A stretch of 64,000 nt of DNA from Carcharhinus longimanus (Eukaryota). This document shows, piece by piece, positions 30,801 through 44,400 of the stretch (positions are counted from its first letter, which is position 1; every line of letters begins with the position of its first letter). The notes below the pieces were generated by a model. The model searched no databases and was not told the origin of the DNA. It saw only the letters and a program-made list of their open reading frames with translations. Both the position numbers and the translations under genes were made by a program. The stretch is taken from positions 83,800,036 to 83,864,035 of the forward strand of contig JASCQW010000043.1 in NCBI GenBank assembly GCA_030264375.1. The letters run 5' to 3'.

Positions 30801-33173
30801 TGGTGTTCTTCTACCACTGGAGAATCCTCCTGGTCTGGCAGCTTCTGAAGAAACAGTTCCAGTCAGAACTGGTGAAATGTCACAACTGAAACATTCTCTC
30901 TGGAGAGAAGCGCAGACCTGCTGACATTCTGATATTTTGCTTTTGAATTCATGGAGAATTTTTGGATGCATTATGGAATGAGTGATAAACATTAAACTAC
31001 ACTATGAATAAAATATTTTTCAGGCAACCTTACTTGTAGTCCCAGGGAGTTTACCTGCTCCAGTGGCAATTGTGTTTCCAGAGCATTTCTCTGCAATGGG
31101 GAAGATGACTGCAGTGATGGAAGTGATGAAAGGGACTGTGTGCCATCTATTTGTCACCCACATGAGTTCCAGTGCAATAATTCTCAGTGCATTCCCTTGG
31201 ATTGGGTGTGTGACAGCAATGCAGATTGTGCTGATCAGTCTGATGAATCTCCAGACCGCTGTGGACACATCAGTCTTCCTCCTGTGACTTGTGCACCTGG
31301 TGATGTTCCATGTGATTCTGGTGAATGCATTCACAGTAAATGGCACTGTGATGGTGATGTAGACTGTAAAGATGGGAGTGATGAAGTTAATTGTCGTAAG
31401 TAATCTGTTTTTATGCTATGCACCTCTTGTATAAATTTCAGTTGTGATGAGCCCTCTAATATGGTGAAGGAAAATGTAACCCTCTGACGCAGGAGTACTT
31501 GGAATAGATTTACACTAGGGATGTTTCAAATGAATATTCTACATTTTTTAGGATCCTTTGTCATCAGAACAAGTTTAAAAGGCACCCAATACTTCACTGC
31601 TGCTTAAAATTTGTTCCTGATAAATAGGCTTACATTAACACTGCAATGAAGTTACTGTCAAAATCCCCAAGTCGCCACAGTCTGGTGCCTGTTTGGATAC
31701 ACTCCAGGAGAATTTAGCATGACCAATGCACCTAAGCTGCACATCTTTCAGACCTGGGAGGAAACCCACACAGACATGGGAAGAATGTGCAAACTCCAAT
31801 GACCTAAGCCAGGAAGCAAACCCTGGTCCCTGATGCTGAGGCAGCAGTGTTAACCGCTGCCACTATGCTGCCCCCTGTCAGAAGTTCTGTATATGTGTCA
31901 CGATTGAGGGCAATCCAGAACTGCTTGTGTCCACTAAGCTTGTCACATGCTTATTGTTTTTAAATGTGATATTGTCAATGCCAAGTTGAATATTTTGGAA
32001 CAGCAATGCAATTTCAAGTGAAGCTTCAACATTGCAAGTATATTTATAACAAGTTTAATTCAGAGCACTGGAACATTTAAACTTTTGGTCCCCATCTTTG
32101 ATTTCAGCTCCTCGCAAATGTAATCCAGGTTATTTCAAATGTGGTGATGGTGCCTGTATCCCTGGTAATAAAATATGTAATGGAATTTGGGACTGTGCTA
32201 ATGGCAGCGATGAAGCTGTCTGCAAAAATGGTAGGTTTGTAATTTGCCAAAATAACTTCAAATGTTTTTTGGGTCATTTCAGAGTATTTACTTTGTTTGT
32301 TCTCTTCTACAATTAGAATGTACAGGACTTGATGATTTCAGATGTCAAAGTGGGGAATGCATCAATGTGTCTCTAGTGTGTAATCACCATCCAGACTGCA
32401 TGGATAAGAGTGACGAACCCCCTAAAGGATGCTGTAAGTTTGAACTATAGGCATGATTGGCTTCATATTTAATGAATCTGATGCTGCTAACTCATTAAAA
32501 TTTTGTCTTGTGATGTAGACCATGTTCCTTCCCTTTTGAATGCAAAATCTTGCAAGTTCTTTAACTGTCAAATGTGCAGCCACTGATGTAGAAATGTTGC
32601 TGTTAAAGAGCTTTGTATAACTTAGCTGTGATGTGACAATGATCAAAATCTGGGGGATAAGTATCATAAGAACATAAGAAATAGGAGCAGGAGTAGGCCA
32701 TCTGGCCCTTCGAGCCTGCCCCGCCATTCAATAAGATCNNNNNNNNNNNNNNNNNNNNNNNNNNNNNNNNNNNNNNNNNNNNNNNNNNNNNNNNNNNNNN
32801 NNNNNNNNNNNNNNNNNNNNNNNNNNNNNNNNNNNNNNCACACAGTACTCCAGCTGTGGCCTCACCAATGCCCTATACAGCTGCAGCAAGACCTCCCTAC
32901 TTTTATATTCAATCCTCTGGAATAGTGTCATGGGATCTCTGTACCCACAAAACAGATGGCCCTCCCCAAGTTCTAATGGTGTAAAAGATCTAATTTCATT
33001 TTGAAGCTTAAACTGGCACTTCCCACATAAATTTGATTTTTTTTTGTGAATAGTTGGCCCCAAGCAATGATTGCAGCATTCCACTAGTCAGTGTCAACCT
33101 TGTGGCTTGCTTCCACTTTTTTTGTTTTAAATGTCCTCATCCATGCCAGTACATTATCTGCCTGCCACTTCTT

Positions 33174-33206
<33 letters not shown>

Positions 33207-36200
33207 TTCTTTCTCCTCCCTCTCCCTCTTTTTCCCCCCCCCCCCTCCAGTTTATTTGCTAATTTCCTGTGTGGCCCTTGTGCCAAAGTGCCTCAAAATC
33301 CATATTTGCAAACGTCCACTTCTCTAATCTGTTCTGCTAGTTGCATTCTGACCCAGTTAATTGAATCTTTCCCTTTTGACTAATCAAGTGTCTTGTTTCT
33401 ATTTTTAATATATCCTTTAATAGATTTTGGCATTTCCCCAAGTCAGATTATCTTTCTGTATTTTACCCCACCTTTTTATAGTGGGATTACATTTGCTGCC
33501 TTCCAATCTCTAGAAATTATTCTAGAGCACGAATGTAGCCAACTTTTTCGGCATTTTGGAATGTAGATCAAGTCCAGGGGATTTATTGACTTTCAGTCCT
33601 GTTGTCTCCCATGTGATTTTCACATCAATCTTTTTTTGGTCCATTGGCTCTCTAGTATTTGAGGGAGGCTTTTTTTCCTCATGAGGATCGAGAAGCTATG
33701 TGGCCACCTCAATTTGTATGTCAAATCCACAAGTTTTGAGTGTTTATCCTTTTTGAATTTATTCATTGACCACAGACCTAATTGCATTCTTCCCTATTTA
33801 GCCATTTATATCACTTCTGCTAGATAGTTGTGACTTGTTAAAGGTTATTTTAGTTACATGTAAGGCTTAAATTAACATTGCAATGAAGATTTTGTGAAAT
33901 TCCCCTAGACACCAAAGTCCAGTGCCTGTTCAGGTCAATGCACTTAACAAGTACGTCTTTCAGAATGGGCGGGAGATACTAGTACACCCCCACGCTGACA
34001 ATGTGCAAACTCCACATACAGTAACCCAAGCTACAAATTGAACTCAGGTCCCTGGCGCTGTGAAATAGCAATGCTGGCTCCTGTGCTGCCCATATATAAT
34101 GTAAATTAAATGCCATGATGCATCTCTCAAACTCCCAGCTTGCTAATTCTTCTAGGCAGCTTTCAATTTTGACCATTCATCTTAGACTGTTCAATTTCCA
34201 TGGCTCAGAATATCCTTCTGCTCCTGGATTAACTTTGGGCATTTTCTTGAATTCTACTTCAGAGTTTCAGGCATGCAGGATGGCAGAACAATTGTGGTTG
34301 ACATCAGTCTCAATTCTAGCTGTGATAGAATATTATCTGCTCAAGTATTGAGTATTATTCAAATTCTTGGTATTGAATTACAACAATCCTTAACCACATT
34401 GCAAACTCCCATTGTAAATATCTTGCCTTGCATTACAGCTGCACGTTGTGTTATTAATAATGCTTATTGTTTGAATTTGTATCCATTTTTGTATAGTCCT
34501 CCAGTTTGAAGATATTAGCAAATTGATTCAGATACAGTTTGGAAGATGCTGTGGAGTATGATTCTGCTGGTACTGGAGACACTCTAGAAAAGTGGTGGTC
34601 TGACATCTGGATTTTACTGTCTTTGTAGATGTGAACGAGTGTTTAGTGAACAATGGAGGCTGCTCTCACACCTGCACCGATCTTGTTATCGGTTACAAAT
34701 GTGAATGTCCCTCAGGTTTTCAACTGTCCACCACAAAGGCCTGTGTAGGTAAGTAGAATCATTAAAAACAGGCTAATGGAAAATGGTCACCTTGAATGAT
34801 ACAAAATTTTATTTTTTTTCCAGACATTGATGAATGTCAAACTCCTGAAACCTGTAGTCAAATTTGTATCAATTTAGAAGGGAGCTACAAGTGTGAATGT
34901 CACCAAGGATATCACATGGAACCAGCGACTGGCACATGCAAAGCAGTTGGTAAGTAAACTGAAGATTTAGTGAATTGAATGATAAACTTTTTTAAATTTC
35001 TTGCATTTAAAGCTTCCATCCCCATAGCCAATTTTCAAGAATATCATATTTTGTTGAATGTTACCTTTTGATCCTTTTGGAATCAGCCACACTTCAACAA
35101 TATAGCTGTATAGTTCAAACAGTGGGAATAGCATTTCTGGTGTGTAGTTGGAAATTTATTGCAACTATATACAAGTTATTGGCACTTACTACTTCTAAAT
35201 GTCAATGTCTTTGAATTGCATTTTGGCTCTTAAGCTGGTTCTTAAAGTTATTAATATACATAGGAAAAGAGCCTTATTTGATCTTCGCAAATCGCCATGA
35301 CATCCGCAAGCTAGGACTACATCATCGTGAGTACACCCAGGTAGCTGTACAGCTGAGAAATGCTGTAGCACTGGATGCAGATATTGCAGAACAGAGAATC
35401 TTCTGGGCTGACTTGAGCCAGCAGGCAATTTTCAGGTAATGAAGTATTGTGCATAAATCCTAGCTTGATGCTAAAACTTGCATGCTATTTATGTAGAATT
35501 TAAGTTTTAAATTTAAATGAGTAAAACTTCAGCTTAACTTCTAATCCAGGACACTAGACATTTTGTGACAACTTATTTGCTTTTTGTTTGGCACTGCGAA
35601 TTGAATCTAATACCACTAACTGTTTAATTTTTGTATATTGAATTAAGGCTGTTAATTTTCTTTTGGAGAAGTGAACTGTTTTAAAGTGGATGTGCGAGCT
35701 AACCTGACTGTTCACCCTGTTTTAGCATGTCTCTGAATAAGTGGGAAGACAGAACTGACCATTCCATAGTGGTCAAAGATGTAGAAATCCCTGCAGGAAT
35801 TGCTGTCGATTGGGTTTACAAGCATCTCTACTGGACTGATCGTGGTACTAAAACTATATCCATTGCAACATTTGATGGAGCCAAAAGGTCTATTTTGTTT
35901 GACACAGACTTAAAGGAGCCAGGTGCCATTGAAGTTGATCCACTGTCTGGGTACAGTAGTTCTAACTTCTGTAATTTTAGTAGTTTTTTTGTTTAAGTTC
36001 TGAAACTTTAATTTGGGGTCTGAGTTTATCCCAACAAACTGAGTACAAATTGCCCTTCAGCCATCATGCATGCTGAAAATCAAGTGATTGTAGAATTGAA
36101 AATGAACACGTGGAAATAGGAAGTACATGCTGTAATTAGAGGGAATGTTGACTTCAGTAGAAGGCTGTATACACTGTCTCAAATGATGATCATGCTAAAA

Positions 36201-38340
36201 TGATTCAATAGCCATGGATCTAATTGAATATAGGTTAATGATTATCTCGCTGCATGTGATTTTCAAGCTCAACTGATTTTTCTAACACAAGTGTCAATTT
36301 GAGGTATTGCTTTGCAAAACTTAGATGGCCAGCTATTTTCCTAAATATATGCAACAATAATGGTTTAATTTATACTGTGCAGTCCATTCATTTGACTTCC
36401 CTTTGTTTTTTAATTAGGTTTGTTTACTGGTCAGACTGTGGTGAACCAGCAAAGATAGAAAAATCAGGAATGAATGGTGTGAATCGACAAATCCTTGTTG
36501 CCAATGAGATTCAATGGCCAAGTGGCATTGCTCTCGGTTAGTTAATGACACTTTAATTTGTTGAAACCTGCTTTTTGCCTTCTGAAATCTGACCATGCTT
36601 TCTTTGCCTCCAGATCTGGTGAAAAGCCATCTCTATTGGGTTGACTCTAAGTTGCACACGTTATCCAGCGTAGATCTAAATGGGCGGGATAGAAGAACAG
36701 TGCTGCAGTCACAAGAATTCCTTACTCGTCCACTTGCTGTCTCAATATTTCAGGTGAGATGGAAGTGTTGAAATTAGGGTTTTTATAGCCAGACGCACTG
36801 TACTGTTTTGATATCACATTTCAGAATCCCTATTGTGTTGAATCATATGCCCAGAAAAGTGCTCCTGCCAAATATACCAGTGTTGCATGTATTCTGATCT
36901 AAAAATAAGAGCAGTTTCAAACACTGCTCTTCCAGAACATGAAAAATTACTGAGACAGTCCCTTTTCCTGAATGTACACAAGGCTGCCATTGCTTAACAC
37001 CCTGATTCAGAATGTCAAACTTTTTGGAAGATTTTACTGGCATGAATACAGTTATTGCCACCTGTAGTTCCTAACTTTCTCTCAATATTCTGACTTGGAT
37101 GCATTTATTAGCAAGTGTATGCACCTTGGCCATTCTGTTGGGGTTAGATAGTTGGAGGCTGACCATTTGCATTCAATTACTTTTGAAGATCTGAATGAAT
37201 AATTTTGATCCAAATTTGCAAAGGCTGCATCTATTGCTCTTTTTTAAATTGGCACAACGTGGAGCACAAACTAAAGACTTTTTCTTTCCGTTCCAGGATA
37301 GTGCCTTCTGGATTGATGAGGAGAATGAAGCCATTCATGAAGCCAACAAGTTCTCTGGTCAACATGTGCTAACTTTGGTCTCTAATCTGAATGGACCACG
37401 AGATTTAATTATTTATCACAAGTTAATTCAGCTATCAGGCAAGCTTGTACTGTTTTTACAAACAAAAAGCAACATTAATGTTGTACATCAGCTGAAGAGC
37501 AGTGAGGTTTCTACAGATTGGGTAGTTTTTTTAAGTTTCATGCTGCAGGCTTATATTGCCAAAAATCTTAGCCAGTCTCACCAATACTAGAAGCAAATAA
37601 AAAAAATATGCTAGAAAAGCTCTGGCAGCTTCTGTGGAGAGTTAAGTCTTGGCTTGAGAGTCTCCCTCTCCCTCTCCCTCTCTCTCTCTCAAGCCAACAC
37701 CAGGTTAAAATCCAACAGGGTTTATTTAGAATTGAGCTTTCGGAGACTCTGAACCTGGTGTTGAGACTTCTTACTGTGCCCACCTCAGTCCAGTGCTGAT
37801 ATCGCCACACTCTCTCTCCAGCTAAGAGCTGGAGAAATATGATGGATTTTATACTTTAAAAGGATGGAGCAAAATAGGTTGGGGATAAATCTTGAGCTCA
37901 AGATGTCATGGACACAAAGTATTAGTGTACAGAAGGTACTGATAGTGGCATTAAAGGCATGTTAATGGCAAAATAGCCCCATTAATTTATGGGGCAGGAG
38001 GAATTGACATCAGTATTTGCCTCTTTGACTTTGTTTTAAGGTACAAATTTGAAGAGTTGGTGTAACATCATTGAGTTACTATGTAACTAAATGAAAAGCA
38101 ATTTTTGTTAAAATGGCACACAAAGTAACATCATGATCTGGGACCTGTGATTCAATTATAACAGCATTGAAATTTGATTTTGAGCTTTTGATGTGCAATA
38201 TCTTTGGGGGGGGGGGAGAGCGGGGGGCAATTCTTCATGCNNNNNNNNNNNNNNNNNNNNNNNNNNNNNNNNNNNNNNNNNNNNNNNNNNNNNNNNNNNN
38301 NNNNNNNNNNNNNNNNNNNNNNNNNNNNNNNNNNNNNNNN

Positions 38341-38415
<75 letters not shown>

Positions 38416-41400
38416 GTCGTCATGCTTCAAATTCTAAATATTTTTAAAATGGTTTTTCTTTTTCAGGAAGGAGCTGGTGCAGTGTGAATGGAAAGAATGG
38501 AGGCTGTGAATACATGTGTGTGCCTGCACCTCAAATCAACAGTTATTCAGAGAAATCTGCCTGTCTGTGTCCCCCTGGAATGATGCTTGTGGATGGACAG
38601 TATTGTATGGCAGGTACATAGTCAGCAATTTTTTTGCATAACTTCCCTCCATCTTTTTCTCAGGGAAAGAAACCAAGTGGGATATTGACTTGCAGCCTTA
38701 AGGATGTCTTGTAGGGGTGATAATATGGAAAATGTTTATTTCTGAAGGTTAATCTATACTCTTCTGCATAAAATCTGGGTGTAATACCTGTGCAAAGTAA
38801 TGGTCTCATTAGGGAATTCATAGCTATACTCTGAAAAAACACAACCTTTTTTAATGTGTGGGTAGTCTGACATGTCCTAATCAAGTACAAGATGGAGCAA
38901 GCTAGTATTTAGTATTCCCAGAATTTCCACTTTTTTTGTGCATACTTTATCACATCCCTTTCTCCCTCTTGTCTTTAGGTAAATTTTACATTTATCACTT
39001 CTAGTAAAGCAACATGTTAAATTAATTGTGCAATTGACCTGTTCAAAAATTGTCATTGTTTAAGGTGGACAAGATGATAGCATAGTATGGCTTTTACTGA
39101 ATTAAGTGTCACTTGTTCCTATTCGTTAGTTAACGTGACCTGTAGGGAATCGGACTTTGTGTGCCACAACGGACAATGTATACCTAGAAGATGGCTGTGT
39201 GATGGCCAAGCAGACTGTAAAGATGGATCTGATGAAAGTCAAGAAATCTGTTGTAAGTATCTAGTTGATTTACTCCTGTGATGGAAATATTTCCATGATT
39301 TCATTGCTTCTGGCTCTTTATTCACCTGCACTTAAAATTATGGGGCAATACTTAAAATCAACCAGTGGAATTTTTACATATTCCAGCAAAGTAATATCAG
39401 TAGGTGACACTACAGAAATTTCAAACGAGTAGCTGAAAAGTGAGAAATTCAACACTTATTACTTAATTCAGTAAGTAAATTAAAATGACTCGTGTGCCCT
39501 GGTTCAATTTTCGTAGCAGAAACAAATTCGGTTTGGTAGTGGAAATACACTAGTAATCATTTGAAAAATAGCTTGCAGCTATGTAACCAGTCTGTGTACT
39601 TCTAAACTCTCATAATCTGGCACTTGGATTGTTTCAGATGTGAAAACCTGTCTCCTCCATGAAATCAGCTGTGGCCCTGGATCTTCCCAATGTATTCCCA
39701 TCTCTTGGAAGTGTGATGGTGAAAAGGACTGTGATAACGGTGGTGATGAGGAGAATTGTGGTAATGTGGCCTCTACCAATGGGAAATGCTTGTTAGACTA
39801 AATTTGGCAAAACTTATTTTAGAAATAAGAAAAAAAATCACAATGGATGGCTTGTGGCAGCTAACACCATACTTTTCCAATGCAATGAACGGTTCAGCTT
39901 TTTGTTACAGTAGCTAATTGACAAATGTAGATGAGGATTTTTGTAACAGGTGCTAAGCAGGGCAAATAGGCAAACAATTTGGAGATGAACAGTTTTTGGG
40001 GAATTAAGATCAACTCCTGGGTTATAAGCCTCCAAGGTGCTGTTTGGAACTGGCATCAAGAGCAGTGGTTTTTAATCTATTCCTTAGCTAAAATTTCCCA
40101 TTCATCCAGAATTTGATGAACTGTCAGCATCAATGTGATTGGAGTCTTTAGCAGTGGTGGAGGAATGGAACTACAGTCTGAATTTTCAGGATGGGAGTGT
40201 TTCAACCCCATCTGGAAAGTTGGCAGGAAAATGCTCCTCATGCCTGTTGCAACTTTACACTTCTGGCAGCAAGCAGGACTTTTATGTCTGCATTTGGCTG
40301 ACAACACTCAAACCCATCCAGGCATGGTACTGCAGTGTCATGCCTGAGAATTTGCATCCCACAAACTGCAGTGATAAGTAGCAGGGTATCCAGGAAGAGT
40401 AGAGGATGATTGCAAGAGGGTGAATGGAGGCCCAGATTGGTAAGAAAGTGGCCCCAGTCAAAGGAGCCTTCTGATTGAGGTGCTACTGGCCTTCCCTCTA
40501 AAGGGGACACAAGTTAAAGGTGAGGGGGAAGGTTTAAGGGAGATGTGTGAAGTTTTTCACGCAGAATGATAGGTGCCTGGAATGTGCAGCTAGAGGTGGT
40601 GGAAGCAGGCACATTAGCAACATTGAGGCATCTGGATGGGTACGTGAATAGGGGGAGATTGTAAGGAAGGTGTTTTTAGTTGATCAGTGCAGGCTTGGAG
40701 GGTTGAAGAGCCTGTTCCTGTGATGTACTTCATCTAAGATGGAGGGTATAAACTTTTGTTTCCCAAACTGGGTGCCATCAACAATAGAAATACCAAAGAC
40801 TGAGAGTTGGATTGTCTCACTGGAGTTGGTCTTTGCCTGGTACTTGTATGGCATGAATGTTGCTTGCCACTGATCAGCCAAGCCTGAATATGTCCAGGTC
40901 TTGGCATATAGGCCTGAACAGCTTCAGCATCTGAAGGGTCATGGGTGGTGCTAAATGCCGCCTCCTGACCTTTTTAATATGGTAGGGAACTCATTGAAGC
41001 ACTGAAGATGGTTGAGCGTAGGACACTACTCCTGAGGCGCTCCTGCAGTGATGTTCCGGGTCAGAAATTAACCAGCCGCAATCTTTTTGTGCTAGCTTTG
41101 TCTCCAAGTGATTTCCCACGAACTCCAGTTTTCCTAGGATGTCTTGATGTCAAGAGCAGTCACTCTAATATCTCCTCTGGAATTCAGCCCTTGTCCATGG
41201 TTGAACTAGGGTTAGATTAAGGCCTGGAGCTGAGTAGCAAACCAGAGTGCAGGTCAAATGCTACATGACAGCACACCCAACAACCCTATCTGTTGCTTTC
41301 TTGGTAGAGTAGACTGGGGTAGTAATTGCCAAGTTGGATTTCTCCTTTTGTTCAGAGGACATACCTGGGTAACTTTCCAAACTGTTGGGTAGATGCCAGT

Positions 41401-44400
41401 GTTGTGGCTGTACTGGAACAGCTTGGCTAAAAGGATGAGGCTAGTTCTGGAGCACAAGTCCTCAGTACTACTAATGGAATGCTGTTAGGGCCCCATAACC
41501 TTTTTGGTATATGGTACTTTTAACTCTTTCAGTGGAATGAAATGAATGAACTGAACTGGCCTCTTGTGATGCTGAGAACCTCTGGAGGAGGCCAACGTAG
41601 ATCATGCATTCTGCACTCCTGGCTGAAGATTATTACAAATGCTTCAGCCTTTTGCACTGCACAAGATTCCTTCATTTTGAAGATGGGATATTTGTGGTGT
41701 TGTCTCATCCAATACATTATTGTCCATCACATTCACAACAGAATGTGGCAGGACTTGATTTGTTGGTTCTTGGATCACTTTGGCTCTATCCAGTGCTGCT
41801 TAGTTTGTACAGGTGTTGTAGCTTCACCAGGTTGACCTGTCACCTGAGGTGTGCTTGAAGCTGCTTGTGCGTTCTTAGTTGAATTTGGTGCTGGATTGTT
41901 AATGCCTACATGCCAAGACCTGGACACATTCCAGCTTGGGCTGATCAGTGGCAAGCAACATTCATGCCACATACAAGTACCAAGCAAATATTGAATGCTA
42001 AAATGAAAATATAAATACTTGGTCAGGTAGTATGTGTTGTGAAGGAAGTGGTTAAGGTTTCAGGTCTGTGACACTTAACCAGAATATAACTTGTGTAAAT
42101 GAATATTTACAGCAGAGGCAGGCAAGAGCACACCATACATCCAAGGCAACTAACTGAATCAAGGACATAAATTAATTTGCTTTCATTAAATTAGTTCATG
42201 AAAATAATTACACTTTAACAAAGTAACACTGGTCCTTGGATTTAAAGCTGAGAAGAGTATTAGAAATTCCCTAACTAAATTTTCCTTTCTGGAAAATCTC
42301 ACACGTCACCTCATTTTGAAGATGAGGAAACCCAAAAATTTTGGGCCATGTGTCTAAGCACCTTAAATTTCAGCTGAATGGTGACCCAGCCTGAATTTGT
42401 AAGGCCTGTCTATCTTAATTACTACTTTGCAGTTCGATGGACAAATATCAGAGCATAAATCCTGCATAAGATTGAAAGTCATGGCATTGAGGGTACTGGC
42501 TGTTAACAGATGGGTTGAGCTGTAGGAAATCAAGTAGGAATATTAGCAGGATACAAATGCTGTCCCATAGTCAGGTCTCAACTGTTCACTCAGCTTGTAT
42601 GTGGCAGGATGAAGCACCTTTCTTCTTATTTCTGGTTAAGACCAAGATTAGCTTAACTGGGCAAAACTGACGCCAGGATTATGATGTGTGTAAATGTGAA
42701 CAAATTCACTTTGGACCACAACACAAAGTAAGCTAGAAGTCATGGACATCCAAAGATGCTTGGCAATCCAATGTATAGACCAATGTGCTGAGAATCAAAG
42801 CTTGTTGGAATGCTTTGTATAGCAGAAGCATTTCATCCAGGCTTAGACCATATCTGGAGCAATTTTGGGTGCTGCACTTCAGGAAGGATGTTTTGGTGTT
42901 GGAGAGTGCTGTTTTCTTGTATCTAAACTTTAGTTTAAAGAACTAATTGTATCCATTGGAATTTAGGAGGTTGGGTGATTGAGCTTTCAATGAGAACTGG
43001 CAATAGATAAAGTGCTAGCTGTGAACCTTTTTAAAATTTCAGTTATGGGCTAAGGCCTTAGCCAGCATTTATTGTCCATCCCTAGTTGCTCTTGAAGACT
43101 GGAACATATTGATCTGGCTCTAATACATAGGTTTTCAGGAAACAGTTGATGACAAGAAATTACTGTCAGTAAGTCTGAGCTCCACAATCCCCTAATACAT
43201 TAGTTTCTACACTACAGAACCGCACTGGTTCAAATAGATAAATGGTGATAATATAGGCATTTCTATATTACTTATCCCATTCTTCAGATGGTGCTGGGAA
43301 TGTGCCAACTTGAGTCTGGTCTTTAAGACATGTAAAAGGGTTTCTGCACAAATTTCCTGTAATAAATTCAGTCCTGAAGATACTTTTCAAACCATGTCAG
43401 CTGGAGATTGCATTTGTGTAAAACAAGAAATTGACCAAATTTGAGTGACAACTGATTTAATGCTCCATGTGCAAAATATGATCAATATTTGAATGGTATC
43501 AAATATTTGATCTTGAGTCATTTTGAATTGATCTAATTTTATAATTCAACTAAGTGCAAGTATAGGCTACTGTTTTAAGCAGCCTTGAGTGGCAATATTA
43601 ATACTTTTGTTCCATTCCCTGTTCAATCATATTGACTGTTACTCCAGATCAGATCAGTTTCTTGAGCAGACTTTATCCTTTTTTTTTCAGGGACCTTTAC
43701 TTGTGGCCCAGCAGAATTTGCCTGCTCCAATGGCAGATGCATTTCAATAGTATTTATCTGCAATAATGAAGATGACTGTGGTGACGGAAGTGATGAAAAA
43801 GGCTGTGCACCAACTGCTTGTAGTGCACATGAGTTTCAGTGTAATAGTTCTGAATGCATCCCCTTGAGTTGGGTGTGTGACACACATGCTGATTGTGCAG
43901 ACCAATCTGATGAATTTGCAGACCGCTGTGGGTACATCCATTCTCTGACATGTTCTCCAAATGCAATTCGGTGCGGCTCAGGGGAATGCATCCATAGACG
44001 CTGGTACTGTGATGGAGATGCTGACTGCAGAGATGGAAGTGATGAAATCAACTGCCGTAAGTATTCAAGACTTTCTGCTTTGGATATTTTAATAGTTAGT
44101 GCTAGGTGGAAAAGTGTGCAGATGTTGGTCCAAGGACCATAATGAGGCCATTTGGTCTGTTCTGCCAACTGGTTAATTCAGATGCATGTCTTGCACCTTT
44201 TCGGCCACCCTTTAAATCCATACTTAGTGGCCAAATTCAAAACTCTTACTCAAATTTTAATTTTGTGCCAGAATCCACAGCCCTCAAGGATTCCATTGTC
44301 ACTGTTCTGTGTACAGTGAACATTCATTAGCCATTAACAGCAACTACAGAGGCCTTGTTGCATGACTAAAATGTCAATGACCACAAATGGTCACATGGAA

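Noticed and set aside
38341-38413. Long poly-C tract giving poly-Pro/poly-Gly ORFs
   Set aside because: It abuts a 100-N gap, is intronic and is typical of a homopolymer sequencing or scaffolding artefact, so its length is unreliable.
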